From Trypethelium eluteriae (lineage: Eukaryota): a DNA stretch of 53,982 bases. Shown piece after piece: positions 37,084 to 51,240 of this stretch. The DNA lies in contig JAVECL010000100.1 of the NCBI GenBank assembly GCA_051942245.1, forward strand, positions 1 through 53,982, in the 5' to 3' direction. The first letter of the stretch is position 1, and each line of letters begins with the position of its first letter. The position numbers and the translations under genes were made by a program. Under the pieces are notes generated by a model that saw only the letters and a list, made by a program, of their open reading frames with translations, did no database searches and was not told where the DNA came from.

Positions 37084-38161
37084 CTAATTGCGGTATCCAT
37101 AATTGTAAGGCTGGTAACCTCTTGCTTGAGCTTCTTCGTATTCGTAGTCCTGTATCTCTTGCGCTTGTCCACGGCTATATTGAAGAATTAGTGTTCTGTC
37201 TGTCGCATAGCAAAGCAATGGGTACGTCAGAGGAGGGAGGAAGAGAGGGAGGGGGAGGAGGACAGATGTTCAAGACGTACCTTAGGTATGGTGAGACCAT
37301 ATTATACGTGTCAATCGCATCCGGAGCATACCGCAAGGTTGTCCCTGCAGCTCTTCCCGCCTTTCGCCATCCATCGCCGCTCCTTCTCACGGGATATTGG
37401 TTCGTCGTCCAAGAGGGGTCGCCCCGACCTCGTGCCCGACCAATTGTTTGCGCATTGTTGCCGACTCCGGGCTCCCAGACATTCATCCTAGGCCCACGCC
37501 CACCTCTTGGTTCGTACGTCGTGACGCCACGCCCAGTATCTCGCCTGACAGGTCGAGGGCTGTAGCCGGATGGCACCCTTGATGGCTCGCGTCCGGGCCT
37601 AGGCCTGGGATTGCGATTGGGTCTGGAATCTGGTCTCGGATTTGGTCTGGGATTCGGCCTAGACTCGGGTCTTCGATTCGGTCTTCCTCCTGACGAAGGA
37701 CGTCGCGAGCTGGGTGGTTTGGTTGACGTTCTCCCGGGTTTGATGCCAGAGGGAGCTCTTGCTCCACGTGAAGCCTTTCCACCAGCGGTGAAGAGCTTGC
37801 AGAGGGTACCAACACCCGCAGCGGCTCCAGCAGCTCTCTTTTCGTGGGCTGGTGTTGAAAGGTCGCCACTTTTTTCAAGCTCAGTCTCGCAATTCTCCTG
37901 ATCTAGATCGGCATTCTCGGAAAGGTCGTAAGCACAAGCTTCGTCGTGTGTACCGTTTTGGAACTGTTGAGTATCTTCATCCGTCATACAGAACAAGAAA
38001 AGATTCTTCCCTAAGTCTTGTTTTGTTGGCTCGTTTCTCTTCACTTCGTCTCCGGAACTCGGTGAGCGTCTAGAAAGATCGGTCTCTGACCACGACCCGG
38101 TCGAGACGGCGGCTCCGATAGTGACAAGAAGGAACCCCACAGACACATGAGCGAGCCTCAT
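37084..38161 (-). CDS. Secreted hypothetical preproprotein: acidic pro-region, Kex2 site, Arg/Pro/Gly-rich cationic region; intron about 37175-37280
   Basis: Signal peptide MRLAHVSVGFLLVTIGAAVS, KR at HEKR|AAG, RPNP/RPDS/RPES repeats. A GTACGT..CTAAT..TAG intron gives the final exon SRGQAQEIQDYEYEEAQARGYQPYNYGYRN*. Confidence 0.72.
37588..37690 (-). repeat. Degenerate 12-bp coding repeat encoding RPNRRPESRPNPRPNPRPDSRPNRNPRPRPGR
   Basis: Tandem RPxx tetrapeptide units are visible in both DNA and translation. Confidence 0.7.
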
Positions 38162-40831
38162 GGTCCCAAATTAGACACTAATCGATACGGAAAATTGTGT
38201 AGTTATAGAGAACCTGCTCTGCTCCAAATAATACGGCGCAACAAAAGGAAAGAAAGGGACGATCTAGACGTAAAAAAAGTATACTTAAAAGTAGCGCTTG
38301 CGCCCAATATAACACGAAGATGGCATCCAGTGCTTTTAAAATAATCCATCGAAGGTGGATCCAGGTTCGTTAAGATAAGTCATTGTCTAAAAGACGTCAT
38401 GCTGTTGGGCTTGGAGGAGTTCGGAGCACTTCTGTACCAGCCGGTTGAGCCAAAGTAAATGTTTTCGCGATAGGTTGGTCAAGCATTCTATCTCTTCTAG
38501 GGGATGTTTCTTGTTGGTGTGCGTGTGTTATGATTATCAACAACCGGAGCGAAGACACGACTGAAAGGCAGGCAACCTAGGATCTTGTGCCCTGTCAATC
38601 TGTGTTACACTGTCTGAGATTGTTTTATTCGCCCCTTCTAAAGGTCCCAGCTTGCTGTTCATGATGACAAGTGCTATGTTGACGCGCACGACGCGTTCAA
38701 AGGGGCACAAGGTGGTCGCCACATGTGCTTTAGGTAGGTGCGGTGCCTAAGGTTAGGCTACTGAGAAATGCGCTGGGACAAATTGACTGGCCAGAAATGA
38801 CAATACCAACCTCAAAGTCTTTGAAGCCACCAATGCCACCGTGAACGAAACACGACAATCACTTCGCGAAGATCCCAACGTCACCCTAGCTGCGTCTTGC
38901 TCATTGCTTGTTGTGAACTTTGGATGCATCGAAGTTGAAATATCGTCCGTTCATCTTTGACGAGCCTGCGCTTCGACTGATTGATACACCGAGGAACTGA
39001 TGCCTCCTTTCTTTTGGCCGTCCATTGAATCCTCATTGATTCTTGAGGTATCTCATCCGAGTGGAATGGTACAGCTCCTGATTTTTTAGTGCGTTTCGAC
39101 TTGCGGCATTGGTCTGACTCGGACGCTCTGGGCCACTTCGATTGATAGAATGGCTTTAACCAGCTTTAAAAGAGACTCAACGTGCAAAATGCATTAATAT
39201 TTTTTCAATATTTCTGCATTGAGTCTGCTTGTGTCGGAGCTATCGACTGTCTCTATTGCTTGTCCGAATAATACTGTCTCGTATAGTGCAATGCCATCAC
39301 TAGAGGCGACAACATGCAAGTTAAAATTACCGACATTGCTCAGGTAATAGATGACCATCCTTCTCTAACGCAGTTTCACCAGAAGTACCAGGTCTTCCGA
39401 CAATTATCATGAAGGCGCTGCAGAAGTTGTTACGGAAGGTACTGCTGGGGTTGACACGAGCTTCGCTAAGCGTACGACTGGCGTGTCAATGACGCTGGAA
39501 ACTGAGCTTGCGGGGAGAATCGAGGATGAAGAGCTTGAGCCTTTGGGTGGTTCGAATGGAAAGGAGCTCACCAAAGGACTTGCCGAGCATAAGAGTGAGA
39601 GTATTCGATTAGTTGAGTACCAATTATATTAGAAAGTGGGTCCAAGAAAGTTAATCAGCAAACGTTGAGTTGGCCTGTTATAACAGAGTCAGATGCTTTT
39701 GTCAAGCCCGGTAGATGAAATCTAGTGATATACCATTGGTTCTTGTACATGTTTTACAAAAAACTCAATGACAGAAATGCCCGGAATCAGCGTGATGCAT
39801 ATGGCCTGGAGCAAGATAGCAATACTGTTGTTGACCACCGCAGGTTATTGTTGAACCAAACTCACTATCTGGCCGCAGTCTTCCACCTCAGAGTCCCCGG
39901 GCCTATCAATATTAGACCACCTTCTGAGGTATGCCTGCCGATCGATGGCTTCCTCACAGGTAAATAACTAGGGAGAGTTCTGCTTCAATTGTCCTTCGGA
40001 TACTACCCTTCATACTAAGAAAAATTTCGTCCAACATGGCGGTAAGATTTCAGGCACGTAGAAGGGGTAAACGGTACGGCACATGGATCTTATGGCCTAT
40101 TCATGATTAATTATGAGGGGCATGCCAGTATAACTCGAGATGAGAGGCAAGGCGAGAAGGCTGTCGGGGAATCTGTCCATTCTTTGGATGACATGAAGAT
40201 GGAGGAGCGAAGTTTCTATTGGTATTGGAACCCTTTCTTTTACTTCGTCCCTAAGGTTGTAAGATCTTGAGAACCTGGTCTTTACCTTTCGAGGACAACG
40301 CCTTTTCACCAAGTACCTAGTTAAGGTGATGTGACCTGTCCCGCTGGCGACTTTACCGCCAGCAAGGATGTGGCACGCCGAAAGGACGTAAGACCTGGTG
40401 TGCAGAATGAGATTAGAGATTATAGATTCGGGCGGTGCAAGACAGAGTCTAGTACTCGGTAGATCTACAAAGGGTCCTGAGAAGGAGATCTTCCACTTCC
40501 GCCCCCCCCTGTCCGTAAGACTGCAAGTGGTAAAATTAAGAGTCTTGGCAGCGGGACCTAGCAGCCCATCACTCTTCGGTATCCCGGTTCCGCTATCAAG
40601 CACGCAATATGGGCGTCGTCTTCATCAGTATGCTACATCACGCTTTTTGAACGTCTGCCTAGCCTGTAGCAATCAGCCACAGTCATGACGGTGACACGAA
40701 TACGACGGTGGGTTTCTTGGGCGGATCTAGTACCGCCAGCCGCTTCCACCCGCTGTCTCAGACCAGAGCCAGTATCACCAAGAGCTTCGCCCAAACGCCA
40801 GTGTCATCATCGGCCTCAACTCTCCGACTAG

Positions 40832-42691
<1,860 letters not shown>

Positions 42692-43068
42692 GCGGGCCGG
42701 GTAAAAATAGGATGGGATTAAGTGAAATGGTAGAGGGAAAGGGGCGGCACTCGTGGTACATTAGTATTGGAGGGTAGCTTTTGGAATGCATAGGTACTCA
42801 CTCCAGCCGAGCCCAAAACTATGTTTGCTCGCTCCCATGCAGGACGTCCGTCTGCAGCGTGATAAGCTATAGGTAGAAGCATCCTGGAATGCGAGGAACA
42901 CGCGAATGGCATGAAATTGAAAATGCATCTAACGCCTCGATGATTTGAAATGATGATGCCCGCTCTTGCCCATTGGGGTATATATACATGCCAGTTGCGA
43001 AATATGACAAAAGCCTTCATTAATGATGTTATGTAGTCGTCGAGAGTGCCATCGTATGATCGACCTCA

Positions 43069-44864
43069 TCAGGCTGACAATGGCAAAGTGGCGTTAAAGG
43101 TTGCCTGCATGCCCTCACTCCATCCACTCGTAATAATATTTGCATTAGAATCTTGATACATGAACACTGTCCCATTGTTAACGAATAAGCTGCCTAGTTT
43201 AGACGATTGCATGCTATTTGAGGCGATATTCATATAGGACTCGTATTGCGTAGTGTTGTAGTTGAAGGACGCCGTGACCTCCTGGATGGAGCCATCTTGA
43301 AGCTGAAAGCTGATAAGTTCGGTGTTCTGGCCATCATTTGAAGCAGCGATTGCGGTTCCAGAGGCTAGATCCGTATCAAGTTGGTTGTACGCAGGACCTG
43401 CAGTAGATGAAGCGTTAGTGTGATGCTTTTGTTATCGGTATCCACAAGATCAGTAGGGATGATTTGAAGACTTGCTAGATACTCCGACACCAGTTGAGAG
43501 TTGCTGGAAGAAAGGGCCTGAGTCGGAGCCACTACACCGATGGCTGTGAAAAGGAAAATTGAACATTCTATCGAAAAGGAAGGACAATCAAGTCGACGTC
43601 TCCACCAAAAGAGGGTACTAACCAGTATTCCAAGTAAAATTCGAGCCCGTGGACGAATAGTCGAACCATGACTGCTGAACTCTGCCCGAAGTGGAGTTCA
43701 CGTAGTAAAGGTTGATAATCGGATTATGTGTAACGCAGGCTACCCCAGACGAAGCAGTGACGTTGGACCATTCATACCAATTCTGCCAATTCCATGTGGA
43801 GTTGGCTGTGCTTGCTCCCATCTCCTGGAGTGTATTGTTGACACTACCATAGTAAAGACGAATTCCCTCCCCGTCGTTGTAAAATTCAGCCCAGCATGCT
43901 GTCAAAGCCACGCTAGAAACTCCTAGAGCCTGCGACTTGGTAGCCCCTAAACCGCCGTTCGACCATTTGTTGTTGGATTTGTTATCGGAGATAGCGTCTT
44001 TCAGTTGGTTGTTGTTATCGATATACACTACGTGACGCTGCGTAAAAAGGAATCAGTCATCTGGTCGCCTGGAGAGTTAAAGCCGATTTTGCATCAGAGG
44101 CCCAAATCATGTGATTTCAGAATCAAGGCCAAGAAACCTCCTCGAAAAAAAAGGGAGTAGTAGCGACTCACAGTGAGAAGATTTGTTGAACGCCTTAGGT
44201 AGGACATTGCTACGATAGGAGATCCTTTCTTAGCATCTGTAGCGACGGTCGATCTCGTTGAATTGACGAAGGAATTTGTGCTATCATTGCTCGGAGTCCA
44301 GATGTTCTCAATGATATTATTTGTCCCGTCTTGTACATAGGTAATTGGATTATTTTCTTCCCCATCCAGAAGTGTAACCCCGATGCCGGTGCCTGTCTGA
44401 GCGGAATTGGGCTGGCCCGAGGAAGGATTCCAAGAAGAGTTCGACGAGCCGCCACTGCTTCCGGGCGCTGGGCTTGAGTTATTGGAAGACCTGGTTCCTA
44501 ATACCCCTCCGAGGACGGCTGCTAAGATAACAATGATAGTGATAGCGAGGAGAAGTGCAATGAATCCCCAGAACGGCAACCCACACACCCTTTTCTGCCA
44601 TTTTCCGGACCGCTGGTTTGCCCAGTCTTGGTTATATGGTCGAGTAGGATCGTTCTTGTCCGCCGAAGAGAATGTTCCGCCATTTTGTTGACTCACTTCT
44701 TCCTGGTTATACTGTATCGGTAGCGCCTCAGGGAGATCATCTCGTTCTTGAACTTGGGGCGGATTGTTCGAAGTGTACTCCACGGGCTTTGATGCTAGTG
44801 CTGTGTCAGAAACAACTACTAGGCCGTCATCGACGACGGGTGAATAGCTTGCCCTCGAAGACAT
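43069..44864 (-). CDS. Single-pass (type II) membrane protein with an extracellular fucose-specific-lectin-like beta-propeller; about 3 exons
   Basis: Cytosolic N-terminus, then RVCGLPFWGFIALLLAITIIVILAAVLGGVLG (TM), a Ser/Gly linker, and repeats GSPIVAMSY, RHVVYIDNNNQLKD, IRLYYGSVNNTLQEM, INLYYVN..GRVQQSW and GTAIAA. Many N-glycosylation sequons. Confidence 0.78.
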
Positions 44865-45744
44865 GAGCTGGAATATCAATTCACGAATTCAAGAAGAAAA
44901 TGAAATTGGTGGGGAGAGGGAGCGAAAAGAGGTCAGCTGGGTGGCACAGCACATACTCAATTTCGGGCAACCAAGGGTAATTACTCCGAATCCTGGTCGG
45001 AGAAAGGCGATGCTGTAAGAAGGATCCGCGCAGATCTCAAAATGTAATTGCTGAAGCTGCGCGACGAATCAGACCTTGTTGTGGAGACTCTCAGCTGCAA
45101 AAAGCAGGTATGCATCCTCTTCTTTGAGGATGATAACAGTTGCCACAATTAGAGCTTAGAGTATCGTTAAGCCAGAAATCTGCTCCCACCATTGTCGCCC
45201 TTCGTCAATGTAAGGTCCCTATTGGATGAATGGTCACCATGCTAAAAGCAGTGTAGCACTCTGTACAGTGGGGTGAAACTATTGATGTTGCCGTTGGACA
45301 GAGTGACAGCCATCTGCGACCTGTGCCGCTCTCCACGGGTCGGAGATACATATCCGAATCTGACACGTCCACGAAGGTCTTATCTCATTCAAGTTCCATA
45401 TTGTATTCATTGAATAAGAGTCCAGTATATGAATAATTACCACTGCAAGCGAGCCTAGGATATTTGTAGAGGCAAAAGCCAAAATGGGTGGAGAGTCAAG
45501 ACGTGGTTGTAGAGGTGTCAGAGTCGGGCACGTCTCTCCGACTGGTCGAGCCGCTCTCATACCCAAGTTTCGGCCAATAAAAGGCAGTTTGGGCGTGCCA
45601 GGCCAGAGAAATGACAGCCCGTATTAATATTGCCTGGACCCGTCCGCAAGGTTGCACGACCACCACAGTTAGGTTGGGGAAGAATCATCCTTCTGTTTCC
45701 AACTGTGGCATTCCACAGTTCTCCTCCTATTACTAGCTTGACCC

Positions 45745-47004
45745 TCATCCAAGACATCGAAAAGGTGTTCCCATTACATCCTCGACTTCTGATGGGAAGT
45801 GAGGTCGTCTTGGAGCGCCTCTACCGCGGCTCTTTCTCATTCTCTCAAACGAAAGATACTGACTGCATAGACGCTCGAATTCCACCCCTTCCAGCTCGAG
45901 TGTCACTTTGATCCTCTCCAATCCATCAGTTGGAGTAAATTGATGCCATTCCATGAGCCCGTATCTTCGTAGTCGATCATCGTCCCACAGAAATAAGCCG
46001 AGAGCCTCCCAGAATCTATACATCACGTCATTCTTCCGCTGCGTTGATAACTGAACGCGCATCCAAGCTCCGTTTGGTCCATCGGCCCCTTCTCCTTCCA
46101 GTGTGCCTCCAACCATTGCAGGTGGGTACAATTCCTGATGTCGTAGATCACAATCTGCACATGGCCTGAAATCATACCCAAGCCTCGCGATTAGACCGTT
46201 GGTATTCCAAGTGTCTATCCAGGATTCCAGTATTCTTGAAGGTGCTGGCGATCGGGGGGGATCGTAATCCTTAGCTACTGTTTTGAGATGGAGATATCGA
46301 TTACTCAGGAAGATTTCGGCACTTCTTATCTCGGCGAGCTCCCACGACGGCAGTCCTGAGAAGAACTTCCAGATTCCTCGTTGCCGCTCACGAAGACGCT
46401 CGGGCAGATACCCACAGAAGCTTCCTACTAAGAAAGAGTGCGAACGAAAGGGAAAGATTTCAGCGTAGAGTTGCAAGCGCCAGAGAGCGCGGTGTATGCG
46501 AACTTCTTCGGTTGAAGAAATTGGATCTGCCGGTTTTGGAAGCAGCGTTTGTCGTTGCTTCAAATGCAGACTACTGGCATGATAGAGTGCAAGTTTTGCC
46601 CAGGCTTGGGCCAGCTCGTTAGTTTCTTTCGTGTAGTCCGCCAGCACTCGCAGGACCCGGAAAGCATCGATACCTTTTGAAAGAAATTGTATTTTAGAGA
46701 CTCTATCACTGTACGAGTCGAGGAGAATCTCTGGATCATGAAGAGCTGCGTGCATTGGAATAGTCCAAGGATTTATAACCTTATGATACCATGCTAGGAA
46801 GATGGCTTGAATAAGGCGACGGATTTGTGGGTGAAACGACGATGATAGTATTCCTTGAATGATCTTTTCGGGCGCATAAAGAAACAATTGTTTTAAGTGA
46901 GGATGCGCCAGGACAGCTTTCACAAGAGTATGATAATCGGGTAAGCAAGCTAAAACGTGTAATTGCAGTTCTACGGGAAATCGCAAGAGTGGAAATGAAG
47001 CCAT
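45745..47004 (-). CDS. Hypothetical protein with an N-terminal F-box-like motif, intronless
   Basis: ATG 47004 MASFPLLRFPVELQLHVLACLPDYHTLVKAVLAHP. Family-like motifs PISSTEEVRIHRALWRLQLYAEIF, LPSWELAEIRSA and LGLFLWDDDRL. Confidence 0.75.
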   Translation of the reverse strand: MASFPLLRFPVELQLHVLACLPDYHTLVKAVLAHPHLKQLFLYAPEKIIQGILSSSFHPQIRRLIQAIFLAWYHKVINPWTIPMHAALHDPEILLDSYSDRVSKIQFLSKGIDAFRVLRVLADYTKETNELAQAWAKLALYHASSLHLKQRQTLLPKPADPISSTEEVRIHRALWRLQLYAEIFPFRSHSFLVGSFCGYLPERLRERQRGIWKFFSGLPSWELAEIRSAEIFLSNRYLHLKTVAKDYDPPRSPAPSRILESWIDTWNTNGLIARLGYDFRPCADCDLRHQELYPPAMVGGTLEGEGADGPNGAWMRVQLSTQRKNDVMYRFWEALGLFLWDDDRLRRYGLMEWHQFTPTDGLERIKVTLELEGVEFERLCSQYLSFERMRKSRGRGAPRRPHFPSEVEDVMGTPFRCLG

Positions 47005-47590
47005 TACTCCGTACTGGCTATTGTAGCGGCAACATGAGAGAATGTATGAGATGGAAACCGCTGAACGAAGAGTAAGGCTCAACTGAAAGGCTGAAACGCA
47101 AAGAAAACCTGGAATGCCGCGTGACATGCGGTGAAGAGCTCTGCAGGTCTCCACCATCCGCCACGAACCCTACATATCGTGCGAGGAACAAGGCTCTCCT
47201 GAGAGCCCAGGAGCGTGTTGATTGTGACCTCGATCAGCGGCCTCTGCAGTCTGCAAGCAGACGAATCGAGTAAGTACACACGGCCGAGCCAACGAATACG
47301 GAACACGCACCTCGGCAAAACCTGCTCTACACTCTCGCGCAACGCCCTGGTTCGCATAGACAGTGTATCATGAGCTTCCGATTGGGGGCTCTCTTCTGTA
47401 CTTCTTCTAGTTACAGAATCTACGTTCTCTCATAGGGTCGAGGAGAAATTTGCTCTGATGAGGTTCTAAAAAAAGCAGACGAAATTGCAAAACCATTTGT
47501 TCAACAGTTTACCATAATGAGATATCTGTCATGGAACATGGAAAACCCCGCTGTCCTGTGGTTACGCAGTACTGAAGACGGTTCTTCCAC

Positions 47591-48783
47591 TTAAGCTGTT
47601 TCATCAACCCGGTAAACCAGCTTCTCAGCACTAACTTTTCCTTGTCTCAACTCCCCCATTCCCTCAAGAACCCCCTTCAATCCCCCCTGTCCGACTCTCA
47701 TCCTCAAAGGCTTGATCGCCCCTTTCTCCAATAGTCTCTCACTCAATTCCGTAAATATCTTCGCAAACTCAAAATCTTCCCTGCTTGCTTCGAACCTTGG
47801 ACCTCTCTCCCCAAATGCGACTTCCTCGCCTAGCGCTGTGTACGCAACCTTGACACTAGTCTTAATGCTCGGATCACTGAACTCGGCGCCCATCGGGAAG
47901 CCCGTATAGAAGTTATTGCCATTGGAGGAGAATGCGTCGCGGCAGATCTGTATTGAGCTGGGCCCAGAGATAGTGTCGAAGACGTGATGTAGCTTATTGG
48001 AAGTCTGAGCGCGGATTTCGCTTCCGCAGGAAGGGGAGTGGTAGTCAAAGGTGTGATGTGCACCAAGCGACTGGAGAAGCTCGAAGTTCTTGGGCGACGA
48101 GGTCGTATTGACGATGAGGTTGGATCTGGAATGACACTTAGTCCCATGGAGTTCTCACGTAACGGCAGCGCTCGAGGACAATTCAGTCGGACGAGTAAGG
48201 GCAGTCAAAGGGTCTAACATGAAGAGACAAGTACTCACAGCCCTGCATACTGAATCGCCATCATCCCCATCGCACTACTTCCCCCATAAATCAACACCTC
48301 CCGTTTTTCCGCTTGTCCTTCTGCTTCCTCTCCGCCCTCCTTCCTGCCCGTCGACGGCAACGGGAACCCCAACCCCTGATACAACCCTTGCCCCACCGTC
48401 ACAACCGCCACCCCCAACGTGCTCGCCTCTTCGAACCCCATTCCCTCCGGAATCTTCAGCTGCACATCCCCCTTCGCCACCAAGTACTCACCAAATGCGC
48501 CACCCTCGGGACTCAAGAAATGGCTGCCGTGAACGGCGCCGCAGACGCGGTCGCCAGGCCGGAACGCCTTGGTGACGGCGGGGCCGACCTCCACGACCAT
48601 GCCGGCGTAGTCGCAACCGACGGTAGCACCTGCGGTAGGGAACCTATCGACGTGCTTGTAGTCGGTGGGGTTGACAGCGACGGCATGGGCCTTGATGAAG
48701 AGGTAGTCCGGGAGCAGGGTTGGGATTGGGGCGTCGGTGACGAGACGGGCATCGCCTGGGCCGAAGATCTTGATGGCTTTCAT
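47591..48783 (-). CDS. MDR-superfamily enoyl reductase (TOXD/LovC-like, zinc-independent), 2 exons (intron about 48126-48238)
   Basis: AVAVNPTDYKH, GCDYAGMVVEVG, GDRVCGAVHG, GAFGEY, VLIYGGSSAMG, TTSSPKNFELLQSLGA..FDY and GGLKGVLEGMGELRQGKVSAEKLVY. Confidence 0.92.
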
Positions 48784-50043
48784 GGCAGTAGATTTTAGTG
48801 GGTTATTTCAATTGTAATTGGTTTCTGAAAGCTAAGATAGAAGAGTCGGATTACCTTAATCTTTAGGCGGCATCTTCTGCTGTCTGGTTTATGAGGATCA
48901 ACCAGATCATCTCATTTCCTGAATTTCCAAGCCTTAGAAATGCGGATTATCAAGGCCTGGGGATGACTAATTGAGGATTGATACGAGTTCATTGCGAGGG
49001 AAGAAGGCCCAGGAACGGATTAAACAAGTGCTGGATATCCGTTTCAATATGACACGCTCTCCACCAAAGTTGGGGCGGAGGCGGAGTTGACGGAGTGAAG
49101 GTCCGCTCCGCCGTCACTTTCCATTTAACAAAACAGCGCCGGTCTCTATCCAAACAGTGTCTGGCGGCAATGATGGTCAGACATTGACTGTTTACGACAG
49201 ATTTATAAGCTACTAAAAGCAGTTGTACAGGCTATCACTCCTGATAGTCATTTTCAAGATGGATTACTGCATTGTCCAATCATCTTGCATGGATTTCGAA
49301 ATAGAAGGCCAGTGCGTGGACGACCTCATGGACCAGTTGAGTCCCACCCGAAAGGGCTGTTTTCCATTTCATGAGTCATGGTTTGCATCCAGAACTCTAC
49401 AAATCGTGCGATAGTGTTGGGCCAAGACCGACTGTATGCTGTCAAACGAAGTCTCGAGAAGTAACAAGGACCGCTTTGTTCTCCTTCCTGTTTGCGTACG
49501 CCCTGGCCGGTATGGTGAGAATTCTGATCCTTTGGCACAAAACTTACAACAGCGTACGATTCTTTCAGGTGACAACGAGGGTCAAACCGCTTGACTTATC
49601 GACACAGCACAAGTCTACCGTTCCAAGCAGATCCACTTGAGTTGAATGGACCAGTATCTGACGCAAATACATCTCTTTGAACAAGACCCGTTTTCTAGCT
49701 CATATTTGCTATTATTACTCTACTAATGTATCGCGGCTGTGGTAAACAGCAAGCCTTTTCCTTTGTCCTTCCAGGATGCTCGGAATGTATAAGAGGAAGG
49801 ATTTGGACCTGCGATGCTCAACATCAAAGCCGCCGTCTAACGGAGCACGCACACGAGAGATATTGGATTTGAAAGGAGACAGTGGAGGCTGCACAGATCT
49901 GACAGCTGTCGAAAGTCTAAGACGGCGAGCAAAATTTTGTGGTCCCATCAGCATATCGCCCGGAAAGGGTAACTCAGAAGGAAAACTAAAGACAATTTCG
50001 AGCCCACTTTTGGAGTAGACATACGATCAGATTACCAGTCAAT

Positions 50044-51240
50044 ATGCCCAGTAAAAGTGATGAAGGATCCTTCGGAGAAGACGAATTCCAAGACAACTGG
50101 CTTCAGACGCTCAGAAAACAGCTTGATTCAAACAAGGCAATCCCTATCAACTCGTGGGGATTCCGGCAGCGCGAAAGAGGAGCCGAGATTGCCAGTGTCA
50201 TGACACGACCTCGCACAAATTCAAGCTTGCCTGTTGGGGACGCTGAAGCTCTTGTTCTCCCAGCGCCTGACTACTCCCAGGCCTTAGCCAGAGGGGACGC
50301 CTTCAATGTCCCGGTATTGCTGAGAGACCAGGGCAGATGGAATTGGGGTGGACCACGTCCAATCGAGCACATCCTGAATAACATTCCTGACACTTGCACT
50401 GTTGATGTCCAGGAACCTCGCAACTTGGAAGATGCACCAAGTTATTGTACGGTCAACATCGCAGAGGTCAAGGAGCGATTCAGGGGAAACAAGGAAACAG
50501 ATTCGCCGTGGAATTGTCTCGACTTAGCTCCTCCCGGGGTTCCGTTACTTTTGCCGCCTGTTCTTCAATGTAAGGAGTGCGACTTCCTGTATGGCATCCA
50601 GCAACGAGTTCTAGGGGGAGGCACAGCGAAGCGGGCTTCAGTCAATGCTCGAGCAAAGAAAGACAGTACTTGGAAACAAGTCACCAACTGGGTCTTGCTC
50701 GCCGAAGGGGGTGCTTTATCAGAGGCACATCATGACAACAATGGATACTGCACGTGGCTCACAGTCGCCGAAGGTGACGTGTGCTTTGCATGGCTGTCAA
50801 ACCCCTCGGAAGAAGACCTTGATTCATATCGCGCAGGAGAAGATGGAGATGGGTCGTACCGACTGTCCAGTCAGTGGCGCTACGTAGTTCTCCGGCCTGA
50901 AGAAACTGTCATTTTCGAGTCTGGACTCATCCACTCCGTCTTCAGACTTTCAGGGGACGAGCAGCAGACAATGATGGTTGGCGGTCATTTCTTGCGTCGG
51001 TCTCGTGCTCGAGAATGGCTTAGCATTTTCTTGGAACAGATTCGCAATCCACTCGGAAGTAATGAGGACTTGGATCTTATCTCAAAGAATCTGGTTGATA
51101 CAGGGGCTCGACTTGTTGAACAGATTGGTCACGATGGAAGCTTTGGAAATGGAGAGGCGCGTCGTGAAGTGAGAGAAATCAAAGCAATGATCGATGAGGA
51201 ATGGAAGGCGAATTTCAAGAGGACTGGGGAGAGGAAGTAA
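50044..51240 (+). CDS. Standalone JmjC-domain Fe(II)/2-oxoglutarate dioxygenase (possible extra upstream exon near 49785-49968)
   Basis: PWNCLDL, WVLLAEGGALSEAHHDNNGYCTW (HxD), VAEGDVCFAW, VLRPEETVIFESGLIHSVFR (distal His) and MVGGHFL. Confidence 0.8.
   Translation: MPSKSDEGSFGEDEFQDNWLQTLRKQLDSNKAIPINSWGFRQRERGAEIASVMTRPRTNSSLPVGDAEALVLPAPDYSQALARGDAFNVPVLLRDQGRWNWGGPRPIEHILNNIPDTCTVDVQEPRNLEDAPSYCTVNIAEVKERFRGNKETDSPWNCLDLAPPGVPLLLPPVLQCKECDFLYGIQQRVLGGGTAKRASVNARAKKDSTWKQVTNWVLLAEGGALSEAHHDNNGYCTWLTVAEGDVCFAWLSNPSEEDLDSYRAGEDGDGSYRLSSQWRYVVLRPEETVIFESGLIHSVFRLSGDEQQTMMVGGHFLRRSRAREWLSIFLEQIRNPLGSNEDLDLISKNLVDTGARLVEQIGHDGSFGNGEARREVREIKAMIDEEWKANFKRTGERK

Noticed and set aside
38800..39600. 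Stop-riddled minus-strand frame with an ATG and an intron-like signal, vaguely like a secreted Cys-containing protein
   Set aside because: No convincing motif by eye. A BLASTX hit would be needed to call a pseudogene.
45745..48783. Enoyl reductase as a sign of an HR-PKS or PKS-NRPS cluster
   Set aside because: There is no backbone synthase in the window and the neighbours are unrelated. Standalone TOXD-like reductases are common.
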